Part shown: one piece after another, positions 17,595-27,235 of the stretch | Layout of the letters: each line of letters starts with the position of its first letter | Numbering within the stretch: the first letter of the stretch is position 1 | Origin: Fusobacteriaceae bacterium | GTDB taxonomy: Bacteria; Fusobacteriota; Fusobacteriia; Fusobacteriales; Fusobacteriaceae | Assembly: GCA_051646055.1 (NCBI GenBank) | Contig: JBOFCM010000129.1 | Span: 895 to 64,894 of the forward strand | Direction: 5' to 3' | DNA length: 64,000 nt | Notes under the pieces: model-generated | Told to the model about the DNA's origin: nothing | The model's input: only the letters and a program-made list of their open reading frames with translations | Databases searched by the model: none | Position numbers and translations under genes: made by a program

Positions 17595-19202
17595 TTACAT
17601 AAACATTTGAACCCCTGGTCCAATTGGTAATCCTGTGTAAGACCAGATAACGAACATGATAGACCATGCGATTAGGAACAGGATTGAGTATGGAAGCATC
17701 ATAGCTATAATAGTTCCAACTCCCATATCGTCATCTTTTTCAGCGTACTTAGAAGCAAATCCAACTATGATTGGGAAATACGTCATTAGAGGAGATATTA
17801 TGTTTGTAGTAGAATCTCCAATTCTGTAAGCAAGCTGAGTATACTCTGGAGTCATTCCTAATTCTGCGAACATTGGAATGAAAACCGGAGAAAGCATTAA
17901 CCATTTAGAAGAAGCTCCTCCTATGAAAAGGTTAACAAAGGCAGTAAGGAATATAAGACCAACTGCAGCCCAAATTCCAGAAATACCTAAACTCTTTAAA
18001 ATTCCAGCAAGATTAACAGCGATTACAATACCGATGTTAGATTTGTTGAATACGTATACGAATTGCGCTGACATAAATATGATAACAAGAACCGGTCCAC
18101 ATGATGACATAGCTTTGTTAAGAGACTTGATAACATCTTTATGAGAAGTTACAGTTTTAGCAGCTATACCGTAGAATAGTCCAGGTATAAAGAAAGCAAG
18201 CATTAGTATAAATACGATTGAATCTCCGAAGAAAGGCTTTAATAATTCCATAACTTCAGGTTGTCTTCCGTTAGCTTTAACGAAAGCTGCGATTTGCTCA
18301 GGAGTAAGTTTAAGTACAGCATTTTCTGGAAGAACCATTAAACAAACAACAGCAATGAAGATTATGAAAGAGATTAAAGAAGCTCTAAGTCCTTTTTTCT
18401 CAAGATCTGTAAGTTGAGAATGAGAATCTCCCTCTAACTTTGGACCTTTGTACTCTCCAAGTCTTGGTTCAACAATTTTATCCGTGATGAAAGCACCAAG
18501 AATAGTTATTAGGAATGTTGAAACGAACATGAAGTAAAAGTTTGCAGTAGGATCAACACTGTATCCAGGTAAAGATATCTGAGCTGCAGTAGTAGTTATT
18601 CCTCCTAGTAATGGATCTGTACTTCCGATTAAAAGGTTTGCAGAGAATCCACCAGATACTCCCGCAAAAGTGGCAGCGATACCAGCTAGAGGATGTCTAC
18701 CGAAAGATAGGAATATTACAGCTCCAAGAGGTATAAGAACAACATATCCAGCATCAGAAGCAACGTTTGACATAACTCCAGCAAAAACAGCTATGGCAGA
18801 AACCATTGATTTCGGAGTAGAAAGAACCAGCTTCTTTATACTCGCTGACATAAGTCCAGTACCCTCAGCAAGACCTACACCTAGCATAGCAACAACTATT
18901 GATCCTAGGGCAGCGTGATTAGTAAAGTTTTTTATAGCAGTGGTAAAAACACCGTTTATTCCACTTGCAGTTAAAAGATCTTGAACTGTTGTAGTTTTTG
19001 TTATAACTTGATTTGTAGCTCTTGAAATTTCATTGTAGCTAACAGAGATACCCATTTTAGCTAAAACGAAAGAAAGTCCCATAGTAACTACGAAGAAACC
19101 GAAGAACATAGCGACAGGGTGTGGTAATTTGTTTCCGACAACTTCGACGAAGTTCAGAAACTTTTCAAAAGCAGTTTGCTTTTGTTGTTTAGTATTTGAC
19201 AT
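17595..19202 (-). CDS. AbgT family transporter (p-aminobenzoyl-glutamate/antimetabolite transporter family)
   Basis: ~535-aa polytopic protein with the typical AbgT N-terminus (FEKFLNFVEVVGNKLPHPVAMFF). ATG 19202 has GGGAGG 7 nt upstream. Confidence 0.8.
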   Translation of the reverse strand: MSNTKQQKQTAFEKFLNFVEVVGNKLPHPVAMFFGFFVVTMGLSFVLAKMGISVSYNEISRATNQVITKTTTVQDLLTASGINGVFTTAIKNFTNHAALGSIVVAMLGVGLAEGTGLMSASIKKLVLSTPKSMVSAIAVFAGVMSNVASDAGYVVLIPLGAVIFLSFGRHPLAGIAATFAGVSGGFSANLLIGSTDPLLGGITTTAAQISLPGYSVDPTANFYFMFVSTFLITILGAFITDKIVEPRLGEYKGPKLEGDSHSQLTDLEKKGLRASLISFIIFIAVVCLMVLPENAVLKLTPEQIAAFVKANGRQPEVMELLKPFFGDSIVFILMLAFFIPGLFYGIAAKTVTSHKDVIKSLNKAMSSCGPVLVIIFMSAQFVYVFNKSNIGIVIAVNLAGILKSLGISGIWAAVGLIFLTAFVNLFIGGASSKWLMLSPVFIPMFAELGMTPEYTQLAYRIGDSTTNIISPLMTYFPIIVGFASKYAEKDDDMGVGTIIAMMLPYSILFLIAWSIMFVIWSYTGLPIGPGVQMFM

Positions 19203-19316
19203 GATAAAGCCTCCCATTGAATAAAAAATACATAGGACTCAATTATATCATGATTTGAATACCAAGTCAAGTATAAATGTTACAAAGTCGGAACAAATGT
19301 CATATAAATTTCACAA

Positions 19317-19871
19317 TTAAAACTTAAAAAGTGTTGGAAAGATAGCCAGTACAGTAAATAAAAAAATGATAAAAAGCCTGGAAAACAGGGTTTTCAAAGT
19401 GTAGATTTTAAGCTTCTGAAAAAGGTATATTCTCTGAGTTCTTACGGAAAAAAAAGACGACAGGAGAGCAAGAGAGGATCCTCCAATAAAACAATAAATA
19501 TCTGTCAAATCAAAAGTTCCAACTAAACTTCCGTGTCCTCCAAACCTCATCTGAAAAAATTCAAAGCCTACCATAAAAATTGTAATTCCGATAAAAAATA
19601 GAGAATCTAAAATAAAAAATTGACTTCCATAGAGAAGAGCTATTCCAAAAGAATAGATCCAGAGTCCGTCTGGAAGAGAGTATATAATCCAATTAGGTAT
19701 AGATTTTCTATATTTCCATAGAAGAATACGATATTCCCGTATATCCTCATCTACATTAAGTATATGAAAAAAATTATAATAGAAAAGATGTCTGCTTCGG
19801 AAGAAAATATATATAAAAACCCCAATTAAAAGTGGGACGACTATCAAAAAAAATTTTTTTCTGTTTATCAT
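19317..19871 (-). CDS. Hypothetical integral membrane protein (about 5 TM), no family recognised
   Basis: 184-aa hydrophobic ORF with a GAGGAGG RBS, divergent from the TetR gene. Confidence 0.5.
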   Translation of the reverse strand: MINRKKFFLIVVPLLIGVFIYIFFRSRHLFYYNFFHILNVDEDIREYRILLWKYRKSIPNWIIYSLPDGLWIYSFGIALLYGSQFFILDSLFFIGITIFMVGFEFFQMRFGGHGSLVGTFDLTDIYCFIGGSSLALLSSFFSVRTQRIYLFQKLKIYTLKTLFSRLFIIFLFTVLAIFPTLFKF

Positions 19872-19960
19872 TGTGCTTATACCTCCTCAAAACACTAAAA
19901 ATATTTCATAAAATTATTCTAACATTAAAGGGTAAAAAAGTAAATTAGAGAGCTATTTTA

Positions 19961-19989
19961 TTGACAAATGAGAATAGTTCATATATACT
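19961..19989 (+). promoter_or_regulatory. Candidate promoter of the TetR-efflux operon
   Basis: TTGACA (19961-19966), 17-nt spacer, TATACT (19984-19989). Confidence 0.45.
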
Positions 19990-20005
19990 TTAATTGGCGA
20001 TGTTG

Positions 20006-20019
20006 TGACTGATTAGTCA
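20006..20019. promoter_or_regulatory. Imperfect 14-bp palindrome, candidate TetR operator
   Basis: TGACTGATTAGTCA (12 of 14 positions symmetric), located between the -10 box and the RBS of the TetR gene. Confidence 0.35.
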
Positions 20020-20040
20020 AATGAATTTTTGGAGGGGTTT

Positions 20041-20700
20041 GTGAATAAGAAATCGGATATTAACAGGGAAAAAAAAAGAGAGATGATAATTCTCTCAGCT
20101 AAACAGCTTATTATCGAAAAAGGGTATCAGAAAACCAATGTAGAAGATATAACCAGCAGGATAAATATAGCTAAAGGTAGTTTCTACACCTACTTTAAAA
20201 GTAAAGATCAGTTGATAATGACAATATTAGATGAAGCTGCTAGAGCTATATCTGAAAAAAACAGTGAGGTAAGAAATGAAAATCTTCCTTTTGAAGAGCT
20301 CCTCACTTATTCAGTGGATAAAAAATTTAGAGTAAATGAGGAAATAGCTTTTAGGACACTTTTCTTTTACCATCTAACTTTAAATCTGGAGTCTTTAAGT
20401 AGGGAAATAACTGAAAAACTTATCGAGATAAAAAATTTAAATATAAAGCATTGGTATGAAATTATAGAAAAATTCAGCAGTGAGCTTAACCTTAAAAATG
20501 AAAGGGATATAAAAAGATATGCTGAGTATATGGATGAATTGGTGACACTTGCACTGAAAAATTCTCTTTATTACGGTAAAAATGAGAATGGAAATATATT
20601 TATTTCGGATATAGATTCTGTATTGAAAAAAGTATCTGAAAAAAATATAGATGAAGAGATGAATTTTCTTATTAAAACTATTAAAAAATTTTTCAAGTAA
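20041..20700 (+). CDS. TetR/AcrR family transcriptional regulator
   Basis: N-terminal HTH (GYQKTNVEDITSRINIAKGSFYTYFKSKDQL). GTG 20041 is preceded by GGAGG; the ORF-track TTG 20029 overlaps that RBS. Confidence 0.85.
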   Translation: MNKKSDINREKKREMIILSAKQLIIEKGYQKTNVEDITSRINIAKGSFYTYFKSKDQLIMTILDEAARAISEKNSEVRNENLPFEELLTYSVDKKFRVNEEIAFRTLFFYHLTLNLESLSREITEKLIEIKNLNIKHWYEIIEKFSSELNLKNERDIKRYAEYMDELVTLALKNSLYYGKNENGNIFISDIDSVLKKVSEKNIDEEMNFLIKTIKKFFK

Positions 20701-20727
20701 TTATAATTTGGATAAAGGAGTTAAATT

Positions 20728-21999
20728 ATGCAGAAGAGATTTATATTTTCTTTTCTAGTTTTTATTAACTCTCTTGCTCTAGGAAGAACTTTAACTTTGG
20801 AAGAAGCTATAGAACTTTCAATAGATAGAAGCAGAGAGATAAAAATAGCTGAAAAGAACCTTGAAATTTCAAAAAAAAATGTAAGTTCAGCCTTTAAACT
20901 GGCCCTGCCATCTGTAGTTTACAGCGGGCAATATCAGAAAGGGGAGTATGAAAGAGGGCTTGGAGTGAATAGAACTGTGGATGACAAAACTGGATATACT
21001 CAAAGTCTTGGGATATCACAGCCTCTTTTTCAGGGAGGAACAGTTATAGGAGCTATAAAAGGAGCTAAGGTTTATCAATCCAGTGCCAATCTTGAATATC
21101 TAGCATCTAAAAGAGATATTCGTTTGGAGGTTGTAAATATATATTCGTCCATCATAAAAAATGAAAGAGATATCCAGGCCTTTGAAGCCTCACAAAAAGA
21201 GCTTTTAGCTAGATACGAGAGACAGAAAACTCAGTTTGAAATGAGACTTATTGTGAAAACGGATCTTCTAAAAACAGAGTATTCTCTTCTGGACGTGGAA
21301 GCTAAAATAGAAAAATCTGTAAACGAGATAAAAATTTTAAAAGAAAATTTAAAGCTAAAACTGAGAATACCTTCTGAAGAGGAGATTCAACTTACAGAAT
21401 TCCGAGTGAAAGATAACTTGACCGCCGAGATAGATTATGAAAATGATTTGAGACAGGCGAAAGAGGAGAGTATATCAGCTCTTCTTGCACAGAATAACGT
21501 AGAAATTTCTGAAGTTGAAAAAATAAGGAAACGTGCAGAGCTCCTTCCTAAAGTGGATGGTTTTATGAAATATGGAACTTTTGCAGAGCAACAGAAATAT
21601 TCTGATACGATAGATGAAGGAGAATGGAGAGGAGGAATTTCTGTAAATTGGAATGTTTTTCAATTCGGAAAGGATTATGATCTATATAGCGCTTCAAAAA
21701 TAGAGATTGAAAAACAAACTCTCAATCAGGATATAGCTAGGGATAATATTGAATTGAATCTTAATTCAGCATATCTCAATATGCTAAATCTTGAAAAGAT
21801 AAAAGCATCTCAATATAAGGCTATGATGGCTGCTGAGGAAAATTTTATGATGGATGTAGAAAGATATGAGGCAGGAATAATTACTACAGTGGACTATTTA
21901 ACTTCTGAAACTCAGCTGAGAGAAGCCCGTGTAGCATATAACAAAACTCTGGATGAATACTATCTAGCATTCGAAAAATATAGATCAATACTTATTTAA
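20728..21999 (+). CDS. TolC family outer-membrane efflux protein
   Basis: Signal peptide, 423 aa with duplicated coiled-coil/beta-barrel repeat organisation, operon context with MFP and RND. Confidence 0.8.
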   Translation: MQKRFIFSFLVFINSLALGRTLTLEEAIELSIDRSREIKIAEKNLEISKKNVSSAFKLALPSVVYSGQYQKGEYERGLGVNRTVDDKTGYTQSLGISQPLFQGGTVIGAIKGAKVYQSSANLEYLASKRDIRLEVVNIYSSIIKNERDIQAFEASQKELLARYERQKTQFEMRLIVKTDLLKTEYSLLDVEAKIEKSVNEIKILKENLKLKLRIPSEEEIQLTEFRVKDNLTAEIDYENDLRQAKEESISALLAQNNVEISEVEKIRKRAELLPKVDGFMKYGTFAEQQKYSDTIDEGEWRGGISVNWNVFQFGKDYDLYSASKIEIEKQTLNQDIARDNIELNLNSAYLNMLNLEKIKASQYKAMMAAEENFMMDVERYEAGIITTVDYLTSETQLREARVAYNKTLDEYYLAFEKYRSILI

Positions 22000-22017
22000 T
22001 AGGGGGAAAGTAATATT

Positions 22018-23112
22018 ATGTACATAAAAAAAATTACAGCTCTGATTTTGGCTCTTTTTCTTCTTTTTACAGGATGTAAAAAAGAGACAGCTGAAGAGGT
22101 AAAGAGCGTAGAGGGCAAAAAGATAGTAGCCACAAAAATAATGAGAAGGGATCTCACAGATAAATATGAGGCGGACTCCGTGGCAGTACCCAAAGAGAAA
22201 GTTAACTATATAGCAGAAAGTGCGGGAATAGTAACTAAGATTAATAAGAAGAACGGAGATCATGTAAAAGCAGGTGATGTGATAATGGAACGTACAGACG
22301 CCACAGTGGAAGCTGAATATAGTTCAGCTCGTGCCGCATATCAAGCTGCTAAAGAGACGCTTCAGACTGCTACGAATAATCATGATAAATATAAAAGACT
22401 CTATGATAAGGGGAATGCTTCTGAAAAGGAATACACAGATATAAGAAACAGATATACAGATGCAGAGGGAGGTTTCCTTACTAAAAAGGCCCAACTAGAA
22501 GATGCTCAAGACAGATACAATAAACTGAAAAGAGTTGCTAAAAATGACGGTATAGTTGGAAATCTTTTTGCTAAAATTGGAAACAAAACTGAAAAAGGGG
22601 ATACACTTTTCACGATAATAGATGAAACAGAGATGGAAGCTCTTGTGGATTTTCCAGGGAAATGGTTCTCTAAGCTTACTCTTGGGGGAGAGGCGATAGT
22701 TATAATACCTGAACTGGATAACAGAGAGCTTAAGGGATATATAAAAGAGGTAAACCCCATTGCAGACCCTGAAACAAAAAAATATAAAGTTAAAGTTGGA
22801 ATTCCGAATATAGACCCGACATCTCAAGGAGCCATGGTAAAAGATGGAATGTATCTGAAAGCTATTATTCCAGCAGGTAAAAGAAATGCTCTTATGGTAC
22901 CTGAAAAATCTGTTCAAGTGAGATCTCTTCTAAGTTATATTTATATTGTAAAAGATGGTGTGGCAAAGAGAGTAGAAGTGATACCAGGAACAATTAATGC
23001 TCCTTTTGTAGAAGTATTTTCAGAAGCTATAAATGAGGGGGAAAGTGTAGTTGTGGATGGAATCTTCGGATTAAATGATGGAGATAAAGTTCAAGAGATT
23101 GAAAACAAGTAA
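22018..23112 (+). CDS. Efflux RND periplasmic adaptor (membrane fusion protein), lipoprotein
   Basis: Lipobox LFTGC, coiled-coil hairpin region, barrel-sandwich and beta-barrel segments. Sits between TolC and RND. Confidence 0.85.
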   Translation: MYIKKITALILALFLLFTGCKKETAEEVKSVEGKKIVATKIMRRDLTDKYEADSVAVPKEKVNYIAESAGIVTKINKKNGDHVKAGDVIMERTDATVEAEYSSARAAYQAAKETLQTATNNHDKYKRLYDKGNASEKEYTDIRNRYTDAEGGFLTKKAQLEDAQDRYNKLKRVAKNDGIVGNLFAKIGNKTEKGDTLFTIIDETEMEALVDFPGKWFSKLTLGGEAIVIIPELDNRELKGYIKEVNPIADPETKKYKVKVGIPNIDPTSQGAMVKDGMYLKAIIPAGKRNALMVPEKSVQVRSLLSYIYIVKDGVAKRVEVIPGTINAPFVEVFSEAINEGESVVVDGIFGLNDGDKVQEIENK

Positions 23113-23127
23113 TAAGAGGAGATAAAA

Positions 23128-26100
23128 ATGACATTAGCTGGATTATCCATAAAAAGACCAGTCGCTACAACCATGTTTATGATTTCTATGATCTTTTTGG
23201 GATTTGTAGCACTGATGACGCTTAAAACAGAGATGCTTCCCAATATAAATATTCCTCTTGTTACTGTACAGACCCAGTGGGATGGAGCTGTACCAGAGGA
23301 TGTTGAGAGTCAAATAACTAAAAAAATCGAAGATGTACTTCCTAATGTAGAGGGAATAAAAAAAATCAGATCTACTTCAGCCTTCGGAAGTTCAACTATT
23401 ATAGCTGAATTTGATTATGGAAGTGATTTGGATCAAAAAAAAGGAGATATACAGAAAGAGGTGGATACCATAAAAGGAGATCTTCCGAAATCTGCATCAG
23501 ATCCTTCGGTTAAAAAGCAACAGGCAGGTATGGGAGTTCTGACTATGCAAGTTATAGCATCGGGACCCAATATGGTGGAATTATCTACCTTTATAGATGA
23601 ATATGTGAAACCAAGACTTGAAAGAATTCAAGGTGTGGGGTCTGTAGATGTGGCAGGTACTGCTGATAAACAGATTCAGATACAATTTGACAGCAATAAA
23701 CTGGCTGCTTTTGGACTTTTGCCTACAGAAGTTTATGATATTGTAAAAGCTTCCAGTCTAAATCTGCCGTTAGGAGTTATCAAAACTGGTGGTAAAGAGA
23801 TAGTTGCAAGATTTATGGGAGAGTTTAGTCAGTTGGATGATTTTAGAAATATGATTATCAAATCTGGTGGAAAAACACTGAGGCTTGGAGATATAGCTGA
23901 AGTTGTTCTGACTACTGAAGATGCAGATTCTCTTACAAAGAGAGATGGACAGTATGCAGTTTCCATAGGTCTTAATAAATCTGTAACAGGAAATACACTG
24001 GATATAAATAAAAATGCCAAAAAAAGTCTGGATGATTTGAAGCTCTATGCACCTCCAGGTGTTGAGACGAGTGTAATTTTTGATGCCTCAGAATCAATAA
24101 ATTCAGCAATTTCAGGAGTAAAGGGAAATGCCATGGCTGGACTGGCTCTTGCAACAGTGGTCTTACTGTTTTTCCTTAAAAATATCAGAGCTACAATGCT
24201 GATAACTTTGGCACTTCCGATATCGATAATGTTCACTTTCGTATTCCTGTATTTTCAAGGGGTAACGATAAACCTTATCTCTCTTATGGGACTTTCTATA
24301 GGAGTTGGAATGCTGACAGATAACTCGGTAGTTGTTATAGATAATATCTATAGACATATAACAGAACTAGATGAAACAGTGAGAGATGCATCGGAATTTG
24401 GAGCAACAGAAGTTACGATTTCGATACTGGCTTCAGCGGCTACAACAATGGTTGTTTTTATACCAATACTCTTCATTCCAGGACTTGCCCGTGAAATATT
24501 TAGGGATATGTCTTACTCAATAATCTATTCTAATCTAGCGGCAATTATAGTTTCGCTGACACTGATGCCAATGGTTGCAAGCAGATTTTTAAGTTCAAAA
24601 GCCACAGTCACTACTGAGGGGAAAGTTTTCAAAGTAGTAAAAGCTAAGTATACAAAACTTATAGATTTTGCTTTCAGAAATAGAATAAAAACAGTTCTTG
24701 TTGCTGTAGGGGCCTTCATCGCCATGATGATAATAGGACCAGCTCTAGTAAAAACAGAGTTTTTTCCTAAGCAAGATTTTGGAAAGTATTCTCTCGTAGC
24801 AGAGCTACCTAAGGGACTCTCTATAGAAACTGCTGAAGAAATAGGGGAAAAACTGGCGAAGATAGCTGAGAATAATAAATACACCAAAAGCTATACGGCA
24901 CTTATTGACAAAAAGAAAGTTATACTGAATGTGGATATAGGTACTAAAGATGGAAGAGACCGTACAGTATTCCAGATAATAGAGGATATGCGTCCAGCGG
25001 TAGCGGATATACCGGATATAAAACCATCGGTAGTAAATGACTTCCAGACAGATACTCCGGGAAAAGCAATTGAATTTAGAATCAGCGGGGATAATCTTCA
25101 AGAAATAACAGAGATTGGAGCCAAAGTTCAGGAAATGGTAACTGGAGCACCGGGTGTAGTTGATGTCTCATCTACAGTCGAGCCTGGAAATACAGAGGCC
25201 AAAATAGTTATGGACAGGGAGAAACTTAAAAGTTTCGGAATAAATCCTGCAGAACTTGGAAGAGTTATATCTTATTCTTTCCTAGGTGGAAACCGTTCTA
25301 AGGGAGAGACTGTTACGGTTAAAACTGGAACAGAAGAGATAGATGTGCTGATAAGACTTTCCGAAGAATCCCGTAGAAAAACAACTTCTCTTGAGCAACT
25401 AAATGTGAAAACTGCAGAAGGAAACTTTATAAAAGTATCTGATGTAGCATCGATAGTTTATGGAGAGGGAACTTCAGAAATAAATAAACTGGATAAGATA
25501 TACACTGTTACAGTTAAAGCTAATGACGGAGGGGTAGGACTAGGAAAAGTTCAGAAAGTATTCCTAGATGCCTTTGAATCACTGAAGCCTCCCAAAACAG
25601 TTACATATGGATGGGGAGGAGATTCTGAGCTCTTTGGGGATGCGGTAATGCAAATGGGAGCAGCACTGTTGATATCTATATTTTTAATATATGCTATACT
25701 GGCTTCTCAATTTGAAAACTTCACACTGCCATTTATAATAATAGGTTCAATACCTATGGCCATGATTGGGGTATATACAGGGCTTATTATATCTGGAAAA
25801 TCTTTTGATATGATGGTAATGATAGGTATAATAATGCTGGCAGGAACCGTTGTTAATAATGCAATCATACTGATAGATTTTATTGAAATTTTGAGAGAGC
25901 GTGGAGATGAGAGAGATATAGCCATAAGAGAAGCCTGTCGTACAAGGCTCCGTCCTATACTTATGACAACTATGACAACAGTTTTAGGTATGGTTCCTAT
26001 GGGGTTAGGACTTGGAGAGGGAGCTGAGCTATATGGTGGAATGGCTATAACAGTCATGTTTGGAATGTCTTTTTCAACAATTCTTACTTTGGTTGTAATT

Positions 26101-26178
26101 CCAATTCTTTATACACTGGTTGAGGATTTCAATAATAAAGTTGCTGGACTTTTTAAAAAAATATTTAAAATTGCTTAA
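23128..26178 (+). CDS. Efflux RND permease (AcrB/HAE1-like)
   Basis: 1016 aa, 12-TM layout with two large periplasmic loops, N-terminus LSIKRPVATTMFM typical of the AcrB family. Confidence 0.9.
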   Translation: MTLAGLSIKRPVATTMFMISMIFLGFVALMTLKTEMLPNINIPLVTVQTQWDGAVPEDVESQITKKIEDVLPNVEGIKKIRSTSAFGSSTIIAEFDYGSDLDQKKGDIQKEVDTIKGDLPKSASDPSVKKQQAGMGVLTMQVIASGPNMVELSTFIDEYVKPRLERIQGVGSVDVAGTADKQIQIQFDSNKLAAFGLLPTEVYDIVKASSLNLPLGVIKTGGKEIVARFMGEFSQLDDFRNMIIKSGGKTLRLGDIAEVVLTTEDADSLTKRDGQYAVSIGLNKSVTGNTLDINKNAKKSLDDLKLYAPPGVETSVIFDASESINSAISGVKGNAMAGLALATVVLLFFLKNIRATMLITLALPISIMFTFVFLYFQGVTINLISLMGLSIGVGMLTDNSVVVIDNIYRHITELDETVRDASEFGATEVTISILASAATTMVVFIPILFIPGLAREIFRDMSYSIIYSNLAAIIVSLTLMPMVASRFLSSKATVTTEGKVFKVVKAKYTKLIDFAFRNRIKTVLVAVGAFIAMMIIGPALVKTEFFPKQDFGKYSLVAELPKGLSIETAEEIGEKLAKIAENNKYTKSYTALIDKKKVILNVDIGTKDGRDRTVFQIIEDMRPAVADIPDIKPSVVNDFQTDTPGKAIEFRISGDNLQEITEIGAKVQEMVTGAPGVVDVSSTVEPGNTEAKIVMDREKLKSFGINPAELGRVISYSFLGGNRSKGETVTVKTGTEEIDVLIRLSEESRRKTTSLEQLNVKTAEGNFIKVSDVASIVYGEGTSEINKLDKIYTVTVKANDGGVGLGKVQKVFLDAFESLKPPKTVTYGWGGDSELFGDAVMQMGAALLISIFLIYAILASQFENFTLPFIIIGSIPMAMIGVYTGLIISGKSFDMMVMIGIIMLAGTVVNNAIILIDFIEILRERGDERDIAIREACRTRLRPILMTTMTTVLGMVPMGLGLGEGAELYGGMAITVMFGMSFSTILTLVVIPILYTLVEDFNNKVAGLFKKIFKIA

Positions 26179-26204
26179 TTAATTAAGTTTACAGGGAGAG
26201 GAAT

Positions 26205-26585
26205 ATGGATAGAAAAAAAATGTCAGAGGAGAATGGAAAATTCTGTAAGGAATATTATTCAGGTAGTTTTAAGCAGGTTTCCATATATATCAATGAAAGT
26301 CAGAAGAGTGGTTTGATTTCATTTTTTGAGAGCATAAATTTCTATGGTTATACAATATTAAAAGATCTCGAATCCAACTGGAGTAAAAAAATGAAGCACA
26401 TGAATTCTCATGCATGGCCAGGATCAGACTGTCTTTTTATAATGTCAGTGAGGGAAGAGGAACTGGGAGATTTGTTGAAAAAATTGAAGGAGTATAGAAT
26501 GACTCTTTCTGAAAATATAGTTTTTGCTCTAGGGATAATTCCTGTAGAGAGAATAATTCCTGACCTTTATAATTTTGATGTTTAA
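26205..26585 (+). CDS. Small soluble hypothetical protein trailing the RND operon
   Basis: 126-aa ORF with a GGGAGAGG RBS, 26 nt after the RND stop and before the operon terminator. No motif recognised. Confidence 0.55.
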   Translation: MDRKKMSEENGKFCKEYYSGSFKQVSIYINESQKSGLISFFESINFYGYTILKDLESNWSKKMKHMNSHAWPGSDCLFIMSVREEELGDLLKKLKEYRMTLSENIVFALGIIPVERIIPDLYNFDV

Positions 26586-26614
26586 AAAAAAGAGGTGCTT
26601 CACCTCTTTTTTTT
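26584..26614. terminator. Bidirectional intrinsic terminator
   Basis: A7, stem AGAGGTG / CACCTCT, then T8, between the efflux operon (+) and dtd (-). Confidence 0.75.
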
Positions 26615-26623
26615 GTTTTAAAT

Positions 26624-27085
26624 CTATCCGTTCATTCCTACACAGTCTTTTGTATCGATTATAAGAGTTACTGGACCGTCGTTGAGAAGTTCAACCTTCA
26701 TATCAGCTCCAAAAATTCCTGATTGTAGAGGTATTCCACTTTTCTCTATATTTGACTTAAACCTTTCGTATAAAGGGATAGCCCAATCAGGTCTGGCAGC
26801 AAGAGAGAAGCTTGGTCTCTTTCCTTTTATACAATCTCCATAGAGGGTGAACTGAGAAACTACCAGAATGCTTCCGCCGATATCTTTAAGTTCTTTATTC
26901 ATCTTACCATTTTCATCTTCGAAAACTCTTAAACCGGATATTTTTGAAGACATCCAGTCAAGCTCTTTTTCTGTGTCACCATCCTTTATACCAAGAAGAA
27001 CAAGAAATCCTCCGTCTATCTTTCCGACTATTTCTCCGTCCACTGTAACTGAAGCGTATTTGACTCTTTGAACTACCGCACGCAT
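26624..27085 (-). CDS. dtd: D-aminoacyl-tRNA deacylase
   Basis: MRAVVQRV N-terminus and the SQFTLYGD motif. Confidence 0.9.
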   Translation of the reverse strand: MRAVVQRVKYASVTVDGEIVGKIDGGFLVLLGIKDGDTEKELDWMSSKISGLRVFEDENGKMNKELKDIGGSILVVSQFTLYGDCIKGKRPSFSLAARPDWAIPLYERFKSNIEKSGIPLQSGIFGADMKVELLNDGPVTLIIDTKDCVGMNG

Positions 27086-27235
27086 AAAAACCTCCTAAAA
27101 AATTACTAAAGATATTTTAACTTAAAAAATGTGAGAATGCAACTGATAGAAGGAAAGGGATTTAATAAAATTGATAAAAAGAGAAAAAAATGATATAATT
27201 TCATGAAAAACATAATTTAACAGGAGTGGGAGAAT

